This document shows positions 10,416 through 18,584 of a DNA stretch of 64,000 nt, piece after piece. Position numbers and translations under genes: made by a program. The stretch's first letter is position 1, and each line of letters opens with the position of its first letter. The notes under the pieces are model-generated. The model was not told the DNA's origin. It searched no databases and saw only the letters and a list, made by a program, of their open reading frames with translations. The stretch is from an uncultured virus (IMG/VR IMGVR_UViG_3300009378_000005) (Duplodnaviria > Heunggongvirae > Uroviricota > Caudoviricetes), in IMG/VR virus record IMGVR_UViG_3300009378_000005, positions 1 to 64,000 of that record; one strand, written 5' to 3'.

Positions 10416-11819
10416 CTATTTGTCATTAATTTCCTTCCATTTACTTCTAAGAAGCCCTTTCATAGATGCATTGTCTGACGCCATCACCTCGTCAATAGAT
10501 AATTCATCGCTACCTTCTACAATAACAAATTTTGACATAGACGTATCTAGTTTGACAGGAAATAATATTCCATCCTTTCCCGCCCTGTTTTTTGCAACAA
10601 ACAACCTACCCTCTCCAGATGCCTTCTCAGATGACTTCCTTGAGAGAGATAAAACAATATCTGACACCATCGCCTTGCCATAGGCTTCAGACATATTTTC
10701 AAGACCTATGATTGATGAATTCGCCGATTCTCTATGGGCTTGGCTTGCGGTCCAGACAGGTACGTTTAGGTCCATTGCAAAATTTCTTATCTCTTCATAG
10801 ATTGATTTTAACTCGTGCCTTAGACTTTCATGCTTTCTTGATGATCTCATGATATCAGCATAGTCAATTATGATGAGACTTGGAATAAATGACCTAAGCA
10901 ATAATTTTTCTAAGTGATTTCTTATAGTCATGATCGTTGCTGAACCTGTTGGGAATGACTTTATGATCAGCCTTCCAAGATCCATCCCCTCATACATAGA
11001 TAAGATCTCATCCTTTCTATCTATCACATCATTATTTGGTATATTACAGAGGTTTGAATCATATCTAAGACCCACACATGCTTCAGACAGCTCAAATGTA
11101 TAGTGAACAACATTTTTTCCTATTCTTAATGCCTCTGAACCCACATGAACGAGAAAATGTGACTTTCCTCCTCCTGTGCTTGCAATGATGACGCCTATCT
11201 CTCCTCTTCCCAGCCCTCCATTCAGAACGCTCTTTTTATCAAGCTGCTTAATTCCAGTCGGACATGTTGATCTCGCAGTCTTAGAAAATCTAACGTTTGC
11301 ATCGTCAAAAAAATCATGACCGATAGATGATGGTGTTCCGACAGAAAGGGCATCTTTTATTACATCAATAACAGACTCATATCTATCTGTTGATATAAGC
11401 TCAACAGCCTTTTCTAGAGCATCTTTTAAAGCCTGCTTTTTGCAAAAGTCAAGCGTCTTATCCTTGACAAACTGTAGATCTCCCATATCAGGATTTGTCT
11501 TAACCCTGTGAAGAAACTCAATTATCTGATCTCGCAAAAGAACATCGTGACCTTCACGCAGCTCGTCTCTAATAATTGTTATAAGTAGAGACAATGTTGG
11601 AAATGACTTATACGTCTCATGATAGTCAAAATATTTTCCCGTTAGATACTTTAGATATCTTACATCAAAATAGTCAGGTGTCATCACCTCAGATAGCTGT
11701 GATGCCCACTGTTTATCTGTCAATAAGCACTGAAATATTTTCTCCTGAAACTGTTTTCCATACTGTTTAAAGCATGCTGTGTCTATCTCAGTGCTCACTT
11801 TTTCTCCAGGTTTCTGCAT
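10416..11819 (-). CDS. Replicative helicase, DnaB/T4 gp41-like
   Basis: Walker A ASTGGGKS, YTFELSE, IIIDYAD, VWTASQ, VAKNRAG. Confidence 0.9.
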   Translation of the reverse strand: MQKPGEKVSTEIDTACFKQYGKQFQEKIFQCLLTDKQWASQLSEVMTPDYFDVRYLKYLTGKYFDYHETYKSFPTLSLLITIIRDELREGHDVLLRDQIIEFLHRVKTNPDMGDLQFVKDKTLDFCKKQALKDALEKAVELISTDRYESVIDVIKDALSVGTPSSIGHDFFDDANVRFSKTARSTCPTGIKQLDKKSVLNGGLGRGEIGVIIASTGGGKSHFLVHVGSEALRIGKNVVHYTFELSEACVGLRYDSNLCNIPNNDVIDRKDEILSMYEGMDLGRLIIKSFPTGSATIMTIRNHLEKLLLRSFIPSLIIIDYADIMRSSRKHESLRHELKSIYEEIRNFAMDLNVPVWTASQAHRESANSSIIGLENMSEAYGKAMVSDIVLSLSRKSSEKASGEGRLFVAKNRAGKDGILFPVKLDTSMSKFVIVEGSDELSIDEVMASDNASMKGLLRSKWKEINDK

Positions 11820-12766
11820 GCTAAAAACATTCTATCAACATTAAACGTCTGAATTCCCTCTCTAATAAAAATTCTCATCATTTTCATCTTGTTTCTTGTA
11901 GGATCAAACATATCAATACTGTCATTTATCTTCTTTATCTGACTTGCAGATAAGTTGTTCGTGTCAAGTAGTATTAGTTTCCAATTTCTTCTAATTACAC
12001 CTTCTAAATTAAGAATGTTCAAGTATGCTTTTACTTTACTTCCAGACTCAACCATGTCACGTGAGTGCCTGATGACGTCATCAATCAAAACATCAGACTT
12101 TTCACTCATCATTGGAAACCTATTGGCAAGAGTTTTAAATCCAACACCTTGCACTCCGTCAATATTGTCTGCCGGATCTCCGCAAACTGACTTTGCAAGA
12201 CAAAAATTTTGTGGAGATATTTTAAACTTTTCTCTTACCTCTTTTGACGTCACTAATTTTTTCCAGGTTGGTGAAAATATTATTGTACTTTTATCTAGAA
12301 GCTGATAAAAATCTTTATCTGATGAAATTATTAGCTTTTTATTATCTGCATATTTGTATTTACAGATATATCCGATTACGTCATCTGCTTCACAGTCTGG
12401 AACATATATCTGACACACAGGAGTGTTATTTAACAGCTCTATGATGAGAGAAACCTGACTGTTTCTATTATTAACAGTATCTGGAAGTTCATCACCATAG
12501 AATCTATTTAGCTTTGCCGGTCTTCGCTTCTGTTTATACTCAGAGTAGATTGATCTTTTTCTAGACGACCCACCCGACTCCCAGGCAACAATTACTTTTT
12601 TAGGGTTGTATTTTTCAACCATTCCTATCATTGAATATAGAAATCCTACGACACCACCTACCTGTTCACCTGTCGATGACACAGCAGGATTTGCAACAAA
12701 GTGACGAGTAAACAGATTTAATCCATCAATAATCAGAATTAAATCACGAGACCCTGAGCCTTGCAA
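11795..12766 (-). CDS. 5'-3' exonuclease/flap endonuclease (T4 RNase H-like)
   Basis: IIDGLNL, YSEYKQKR, EADDVIG, SSDKDFYQL, GDPADNIDGVQGVGFKT. Confidence 0.9.
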   Translation of the reverse strand: MQGSGSRDLILIIDGLNLFTRHFVANPAVSSTGEQVGGVVGFLYSMIGMVEKYNPKKVIVAWESGGSSRKRSIYSEYKQKRRPAKLNRFYGDELPDTVNNRNSQVSLIIELLNNTPVCQIYVPDCEADDVIGYICKYKYADNKKLIISSDKDFYQLLDKSTIIFSPTWKKLVTSKEVREKFKISPQNFCLAKSVCGDPADNIDGVQGVGFKTLANRFPMMSEKSDVLIDDVIRHSRDMVESGSKVKAYLNILNLEGVIRRNWKLILLDTNNLSASQIKKINDSIDMFDPTRNKMKMMRIFIREGIQTFNVDRMFLACRNLEKK

Positions 12767-12769
12767 AGC

Positions 12770-13267
12770 TTAATCCTCTGGATCAACAATTAAAACGTCT
12801 TCAGATAGAGATTTCATCTCTTCATACGACTCTAAGTCAATGCTAGCTTCATCTATGCTGAATTGTTTTACCATCGCTATCTCAAGAATGTCATCGACAT
12901 ACTGGCTATATTCTGTGTTTCTCATGATATCGCAAAATTCATTTTTTCTAAATTTTTTATCTATGACGATCTCACCTGTCTTTACATCTGTTACACTCAT
13001 GGTCTTCCATCCACCTGTGCCTGCTAGCAAGATCTCCTTTCCATTAACAGTCTCAGGCCCGTGCTTTCTCAAAAGATCAAAAATTTGCTCGTGCTCTTTA
13101 ATTCCCACACCAAAGTGAATCTCAAAATTTATTTTTCTAAATGGAGGGGCAACCTTATTTTTAATTGTCTTTGCAGACACATGAATTCCGATGACATCAT
13201 CACCATCCTTTATCTGCTGTCCAGCTCCTAGCTTTATTCTAGTTGAAGCATGAAAAGGTATTGCTCT
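12770..13267 (-). CDS. recA: RecA/UvsX final exon (3' of the group I intron)
   Basis: Frame extends upstream of the annotated ORF: RAIPFHASTRIKLGAGQQIKDGDDVIGIHVSAKTIKNKVAPPFR; joins TTPGG in frame once the intron is removed. Confidence 0.9.
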   Translation of the reverse strand, partial: RAIPFHASTRIKLGAGQQIKDGDDVIGIHVSAKTIKNKVAPPFRKINFEIHFGVGIKEHEQIFDLLRKHGPETVNGKEILLAGTGGWKTMSVTDVKTGEIVIDKKFRKNEFCDIMRNTEYSQYVDDILEIAMVKQFSIDEASIDLESYEEMKSLSEDVLIVDPED

Positions 13268-14375
13268 CTTGCTAATCTACTACTTTCGTAGCAGTATGGA
13301 CTATATCTTCAAAAATTTTATTGTGTGAAATAATTTTTAGTTCGCTTTCCCAATATCTTATAACTCTAAATCCGCTTTCTTCGATTACACTTGTTTTCTT
13401 TTTATCATATTCCCATATTTCTTTTGCAAGCAGTTTCTTTCCACCAATTAAATCTTCAGAAGAAAACTTAGATGGATTTGCATGCCAATAATCACCATCG
13501 ATCTCAACAATGGTATTATACTTGGGAATATAAAAATCACAAACATATCTTTTTACAGATTTTTGAGTTTCATATTGAATATTAATCGCAACTAAAATAC
13601 TAGCAAACATTTGTTCAGGCTTTGTATTCTTAGAACATGATGGCAATATATTTTTGCTATGCCAGTTCTCCTGACGCTTGTCTGCTTCTTCAACACCATA
13701 TCTAATTACCCATCTTTCATAATTTGACTTTTTCATCCAGTCAGTCACACCTTTCTTTCCAATAAACAATCGTGGAAAGCTTTCTGGTGATTCACTAATC
13801 TTTTTCTTCATTAGTTTTGACTGTGATTCTCTATACTCTTTGCTTTGAGTGGCTTTACGACAGCTTTTCGCCTTTCTTTCTCGTATTTCTTTTGTCCCGT
13901 AAACTTTATCTGCCATTTTTTGACAGTTTTGCCTATTTTCTTCAGAATTTCGCCAATCAGAAAATCTATCAAAATTACCCATTATTGATTCTGGAAATTT
14001 TGATTTGTAGTCGGTTGTTGTCATATTATGTTTTTTAAGATGAGTATTTGTTATGGCCTTGAAGGTTTTACCGCATACTTCACACTTGTATTTTTGTCCC
14101 GCGCTCATAGGTGTTTTCTCCTTACATGTATAAATATTATGAAACGGTAAAGCTTTACCATAAAATTTATTTCTTTGTAAGGTTAATAACACTAGTCTCT
14201 GAACCTTTGACCTGTCACCAGGAAACTTGGCTGCTGATTACCCAATCCTACTTCTTTTTGACATTCACGCTCGCAATTACTCGCCACGTTGTAGTGAAGT
14301 CGGCTCTTAGGGCGTCCCAGACAATTCACGGGATGAATTTGCATTTTATACTCGTGCTTGGGAGGCAAGCATTTC
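13268..14375 (-). mobile_element. Group I self-splicing intron (IA-like, 1108 nt) in recA
   Basis: Exon ends ...GGGUGGU, which pairs with intron GCCUCCC (P1, U-G at the splice site). Core elements: P AAUUGUCUGGGA, Q AAUCAGCAG, R UCAGAGACUA, S AAGAUAUAGUCC; P3 UCCCGUG/CGCGGGA; P9 CUGCUAC-GAAA-GUAGUAG; terminal G at 13268; P10 UGCUU/GAGCA. Removal restores TTPGG|RAIPF. Confidence 0.93.
13272..14108 (-). CDS. Intron-encoded homing endonuclease (zinc finger plus Vsr/DUF559/EDxHD-like nuclease)
   Basis: AAGGAG RBS before ATG at 14108; CEVC..HLKKH finger; TKPE..CDFYIP..VEIDGDYWH..GFRVIRYWE; its 3' end overlaps the intron S/P9 elements. Confidence 0.85.
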   Translation of the reverse strand: MSAGQKYKCEVCGKTFKAITNTHLKKHNMTTTDYKSKFPESIMGNFDRFSDWRNSEENRQNCQKMADKVYGTKEIRERKAKSCRKATQSKEYRESQSKLMKKKISESPESFPRLFIGKKGVTDWMKKSNYERWVIRYGVEEADKRQENWHSKNILPSCSKNTKPEQMFASILVAINIQYETQKSVKRYVCDFYIPKYNTIVEIDGDYWHANPSKFSSEDLIGGKKLLAKEIWEYDKKKTSVIEESGFRVIRYWESELKIISHNKIFEDIVHTATKVVD

Positions 14376-14738
14376 ACCACCCGGAGTTGTGTTGTGATTA
14401 ATATGGCCATTAGCAATATAAGCATTTCCATCTGGAACTGAAACATCTACTACATTCATTTTTCCTTGTAGTTGTTTTGCATCAGGATTGTCTTTTAGCT
14501 TCGTCCACTCTCCGTCGACAAGTGTTCTATGAACTGACGTTGCATTTAAATCACCAAGCATATACGATGTATCCACTGCTGGCTTCACTACGAAATTAGT
14601 CATTGGCTTAAAGCCATCTGGACCTTCAATCATAGTACCAACATCGGAAAGATCATATTCACAAGGTGTTTCGAAATCATCAATCCCTAAAATACTTGCG
14701 TATTCAGAAAAAGTCATCTCTCTTTCAATTTGTGCCAT
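14376..14738 (-). CDS. recA: Split intein C-fragment (116 aa) plus 5-codon RecA mini-exon TTPGG
   Basis: AAGGAGA RBS then ATG at 14738; block B-like NATSVHR; block F/G VVDVSVPDGNAYIANGHINHN followed by Thr+1. Confidence 0.88.
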
Positions 14739-15483
14739 TATTATCTCCTTTGGCGTTATATTCACGGAACCTCTCCGCGAAAAGTGAGTTTTCGTCGTAA
14801 CGAATTTTAATTTTTGTTGTTTCTGGGTTTACGCAATCTGGATCTCCATAGAGAACACCTATCTTTGTTCTGACCTGATTTAATATAACAAACAGCACAT
14901 TTTGATTTGCAATCACACCTGTGATCTTTCTCATTCCTTTTGAAATTGCTCGTGCTTGAAGGCCTATTGATTCTTTATCATAGTCACCCAGAAGTTCTGC
15001 CTTTGGAGAAGAAGCAGCAACAGAATCCCACACAATAGTAACAGGAATGTCTTTATTCATTGCCTTTGCTTTCATTATTGTTGATTCAGCAATTGACAAA
15101 ACCTCTTCAGTACAATGAGTGTCAACATATACAAATCGTTTTGATACATCAACTCCAAGCATTCCTAGATTTTCAACACTTGTTGCATTCTCTGTGTCAA
15201 TATACACAACAATACCGCCCATCTTTTGAGTCGATGCAGCAATCTGTGTAGCAATATGTGACTTACCGATTGATGGCGGCCCAAATATCTCTATGATCCT
15301 CCCCTCAGGGATGCCACCGTCTCGTCTATTTGAGCATATATAGTCTAAAAGCCTTGAGCCCGTAGAGATCCATCTCTTGACATGAGTTGGTGACTCATCA
15401 CATGAAAGATTATAAGCGACTCTAGAGCCATGCTCCTTGTTGAGGGCACTTATGAGGTCAGATGTAAAGTCTTGTTTTGACAT
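14725..15483 (-). CDS. recA: RecA/UvsX N-terminal part (216 aa) fused to a short split-intein N-fragment (36 aa)
   Basis: ISTGS..GRIIEIFGPPSIGKS, YIDTEN, VWDSVAA, IGLQARAISKGMRK, NQVRTKIGVLYGDPD, then CVNPETTKIKIR (intein block A, Cys codon 14833-14835) and a stop. Confidence 0.92.
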   Translation of the reverse strand: MSKQDFTSDLISALNKEHGSRVAYNLSCDESPTHVKRWISTGSRLLDYICSNRRDGGIPEGRIIEIFGPPSIGKSHIATQIAASTQKMGGIVVYIDTENATSVENLGMLGVDVSKRFVYVDTHCTEEVLSIAESTIMKAKAMNKDIPVTIVWDSVAASSPKAELLGDYDKESIGLQARAISKGMRKITGVIANQNVLFVILNQVRTKIGVLYGDPDCVNPETTKIKIRYDENSLFAERFREYNAKGDNNGTN

Positions 15484-15522
15484 TTATCTTCCTAAGAATA
15501 AGTCCGGTATTGCCGGAACAAA

Positions 15523-16290
15523 CTATTCATCATCAATTAGATCAGCAAATGCCTCATCAATAGACCCATATCGAGTTGAATCTGCTGTTGCCGTTGCTGT
15601 TGTATCACTATTATCTGATGTCTCGTCAGACTCATCATCTTCACCCAGCCAATCATTGATAATCTTTGACAGCTCGTCGTATGACTTGCACTGAAACATA
15701 TCAGACGGATCTGGCATGTCTGTTAGCCAGGTGTTTGCCTGTGCTGAATCTGTCGACAGCATCGACTCCTTTCCTCTAGGCCTTACCTCTGTCATTGACC
15801 ACTGTCTTCCAGGCTGCTTTGTACATGTAACCTTGATATCACGACCCGTCTGCGGATCTGTAATATCTCCGTAGTCCTCGTCAAGCATCAGACCCAGAAG
15901 ATTCTGATAAACTGTCTTTCCAAATCCCCAGATCTGGACACCTTTATCTTCTTCTCCTCTGACAACTACAGGTGCATATGTTCTCATCTTCGGGTATAGC
16001 TTCTTTGCTAGCTCGTATGACTCCTTTGTGCCGTCTTCTCTAAGCTTTGTGATAAGCTCTTGGATAGGATCTGGATCGTCAAATTGGTATGGTGAAAGTA
16101 ACCCTCGTTCACTCCCAATGTTATAGTAGAACCACAGCTCCTTAAACGGTTGGCCGTCATTATCAGGAAATGATAGAAGCCTAACAGTGTGCTCCTCTCC
16201 CTCTTGTGGTCTCCAAGTTCTAGACCTGTTTTTATTTGTTCCGCTTAATCTCTCAAGCTTCTTGCGAATCGCATCAAAATCAACTGACAT
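15523..16290 (-). CDS. Single-stranded DNA-binding protein (T4 gp32-like)
   Basis: VRLLSFPD, VVVRGEEDKGVQIWGFGK, GDITDPQTGRDI, acidic C-terminal tail; AAGGAG RBS. Confidence 0.85.
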   Translation of the reverse strand: MSVDFDAIRKKLERLSGTNKNRSRTWRPQEGEEHTVRLLSFPDNDGQPFKELWFYYNIGSERGLLSPYQFDDPDPIQELITKLREDGTKESYELAKKLYPKMRTYAPVVVRGEEDKGVQIWGFGKTVYQNLLGLMLDEDYGDITDPQTGRDIKVTCTKQPGRQWSMTEVRPRGKESMLSTDSAQANTWLTDMPDPSDMFQCKSYDELSKIINDWLGEDDESDETSDNSDTTATATADSTRYGSIDEAFADLIDDE

Positions 16291-16395
16291 TTTTTAACTC
16301 CTTAATGTTTAATGTTCAATGTTTGCATAGTGCAATTTAATATTATTGTGCTAATGATAAGTGTTTAAATTTTTATATTATAATATCTTGTTCAT

Positions 16396-17958
16396 CTATT
16401 TTGCTTGGTTTTTTTTGGGCTTTCTAACAACTCCCTTTGCAAATTTTTCAGCTGCTGTATAATCTCTCTTAGGAGAGTCTGGATCTGCAAGACTTCCTCC
16501 GCCAAAAAATTTCGCTGATGTTTTTGCTCTTTTGACGTGACTATCTCTACTATCTCGTCTTCCAGAGGAATCTGTCCCCAAGGGTGTTATTGCACCAGAG
16601 ATTCCTCCAACTACGCTAAACTCGTCGATCTCATCGTCATCACTTTTTTCAATCTCTGAAATTGATTCTCTAATAAACGTTCTAATTTCACTTAGTCCAA
16701 GATATGATGGATCTTTAGTTGAAACTGCCATAAATACGTCACCCGCTGTTATGTTTCCGGTGTCTATTTCTCGACCTATGTTAGAAAGCACATGTTTAAC
16801 CTCTTCAGAATCGATATCAGCCGCCTCTAGCCCTTTCTCTTTTTTCTCTATGTCATCTCTATCAGGCTTTTTTGCATACATTGAACATGGGTTATCATCT
16901 GCGTGCGTTGCATTTAATATTATTCCATATCTTGACACCATCGCCGTTGCTGCAATTCCTCGAAAAGGAAGGCTGCCTATTCTTTTCACAAAAAGCCCAA
17001 CATACGATGGACCGATAAAGTTATTTAAAATTCTTTCAACGCCTGTAATTGTTGTCAGCTTACTTAGAATTTCTCCAAACAGATTAACAACGCTGTCTGG
17101 TGTTAGCTTTACAGTTAGAGACATCTTTCCAGCACCAGGCCACATAGCTATTATCTCACTTACAACAGGTCGAAGGGTATCTGTTACGTCATCTATTTCC
17201 TTTCTTAGATCAGCCCTTGCATCAAAATCTAACTCACAGATCTTCCCTATCAGCTCTTTAAACCCATCCTCATCAAGCTGGCCTGCCTCTGCAAGAGAAA
17301 CACCCGTGTGCATCTTTAAAGCGGCGCCAGCCTCATTATTTTCAGACATGAAATCCTGACCATCAAAGAAAAGCAAGATCGTTGATATGATAGAAACAAA
17401 TGTTTGAACAGCTGGGTTTGGAATAAGGTCTAGAACAGACGTAACACCACCTACCACACCGCGAATTGCAGTTTCAATGCTTATCTCATTTAAAAAATCA
17501 ATATCTCCTGGATCAGTATCATATATCTCAATCATCGAAGGAAGATTGTTCTCTCTAATTCTAAGATATGACTTTGGTTTTGAAAGCTTTCTTGTTCTCA
17601 GCGGTGTTACATCATCAACGTGAGTATCGTCATATTCTTCATTGTAATGCTGGCTGCATGAAACTTGATCTTGGTCTGGAAACATCGTCCTGTCAAACTC
17701 CTCAGGATCATATCCTCCTGCATTCTGACCTAACAAAGATGAAAAATTTGCATCAGCCGACTGTGTCGGTGATCCCATATCACCCTGATAATAAGGTCTC
17801 CTATTTCTACCTATCTTATAGTAATAGTCATCTCCTCCGCCTATTGCACCTCCGACCGGAATTGCTGTTCCACGAGAAGACCAGACGCCGTCACCTGATA
17901 CGTTTCTCATAGATGAGGAATATTTCTTTTTAAATTCTTTTGACTTTAAACGTGACAT
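16396..17958 (-). CDS. Hypothetical 520-aa protein, possibly virion-internal
   Basis: Long ORF; internal LSEIRTFIRES resembles the motif of the head-region proteins; variant of the late motif upstream. Confidence 0.5.
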   Translation of the reverse strand: MSRLKSKEFKKKYSSSMRNVSGDGVWSSRGTAIPVGGAIGGGDDYYYKIGRNRRPYYQGDMGSPTQSADANFSSLLGQNAGGYDPEEFDRTMFPDQDQVSCSQHYNEEYDDTHVDDVTPLRTRKLSKPKSYLRIRENNLPSMIEIYDTDPGDIDFLNEISIETAIRGVVGGVTSVLDLIPNPAVQTFVSIISTILLFFDGQDFMSENNEAGAALKMHTGVSLAEAGQLDEDGFKELIGKICELDFDARADLRKEIDDVTDTLRPVVSEIIAMWPGAGKMSLTVKLTPDSVVNLFGEILSKLTTITGVERILNNFIGPSYVGLFVKRIGSLPFRGIAATAMVSRYGIILNATHADDNPCSMYAKKPDRDDIEKKEKGLEAADIDSEEVKHVLSNIGREIDTGNITAGDVFMAVSTKDPSYLGLSEIRTFIRESISEIEKSDDDEIDEFSVVGGISGAITPLGTDSSGRRDSRDSHVKRAKTSAKFFGGGSLADPDSPKRDYTAAEKFAKGVVRKPKKNQAK

Positions 17959-17990
17959 CGCTTAAATAAATAGGCTGTCACAATTCAACA

Positions 17991-18566
17991 TCACTGCCTT
18001 TCTATGTGATAGACAATATTTCTTGCCTGTTGCAATGCTAGAGCTACTGTTGGTTCATGACCCACATAGAATCTATTCTCTTCAAAGTGTGATCCCTGTG
18101 CAAGTTGTATTGCAACCCACTCCTCTCGAGATAGATTCACATTAAAGTGTTGCAACAGATATAGAGCCCTATGTGACACAGACATCTTATCAATATTTTC
18201 ATTAAACTTATAGTGCTGACCCAACTTTTCTCGATGCCAGTCGCTATCTTGATCAACAAGACTAGGGCCTGTGAGATCCCCTATCTTTCCAAGATTATGA
18301 AAAAGTCCCACTTTTATAATTGACGTAACATCTAGACCCATGCTAAATGTCTCATTAAGAGTCTTCATTGCCATTGTTACATCAAGACTATTTTCAATTA
18401 ACCCACCAGGATAGCATCCCGGCTGATCATTTTTCACTGAGAGAGGGCACATAATAATTCTCTCTCCTATTTCGTTTAGCAGTCTATTAACATTATCATC
18501 TTTTAAACGAATACAAAGCTTTTCAAATTTCTTCCAGTTTGATTCAACAATTTCAGGTGTTAACAT
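17991..18566 (-). CDS. HD-domain-like protein with degenerate metal ligands
   Basis: YPGGLIENSLDV, LFHNLGKIG, HRALYLLQHF..LSREEWVAI resemble phage HD hydrolases, but His/Asp ligands are replaced. Confidence 0.7.
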   Translation of the reverse strand: MLTPEIVESNWKKFEKLCIRLKDDNVNRLLNEIGERIIMCPLSVKNDQPGCYPGGLIENSLDVTMAMKTLNETFSMGLDVTSIIKVGLFHNLGKIGDLTGPSLVDQDSDWHREKLGQHYKFNENIDKMSVSHRALYLLQHFNVNLSREEWVAIQLAQGSHFEENRFYVGHEPTVALALQQARNIVYHIERQ

Positions 18567-18584
18567 TTATACCTCTATGATATT

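Noticed and set aside
14109..14192. Longer N-terminus for the intron endonuclease given by the ORF track
   Set aside because: The RBS and late motif point to ATG 14108; the upstream part is intron structure.
14192..14446. 84-aa minus-strand ORF
   Set aside because: Overlaps the intein end and the intron catalytic core in another frame; incidental.
14725..14765. Sequencing frameshift as the explanation for the split intein
   Set aside because: A strong AAGGAGA RBS is correctly spaced before ATG 14738 and the break follows block A, as in known atypical split inteins. Disfavoured, but not excluded without reads.
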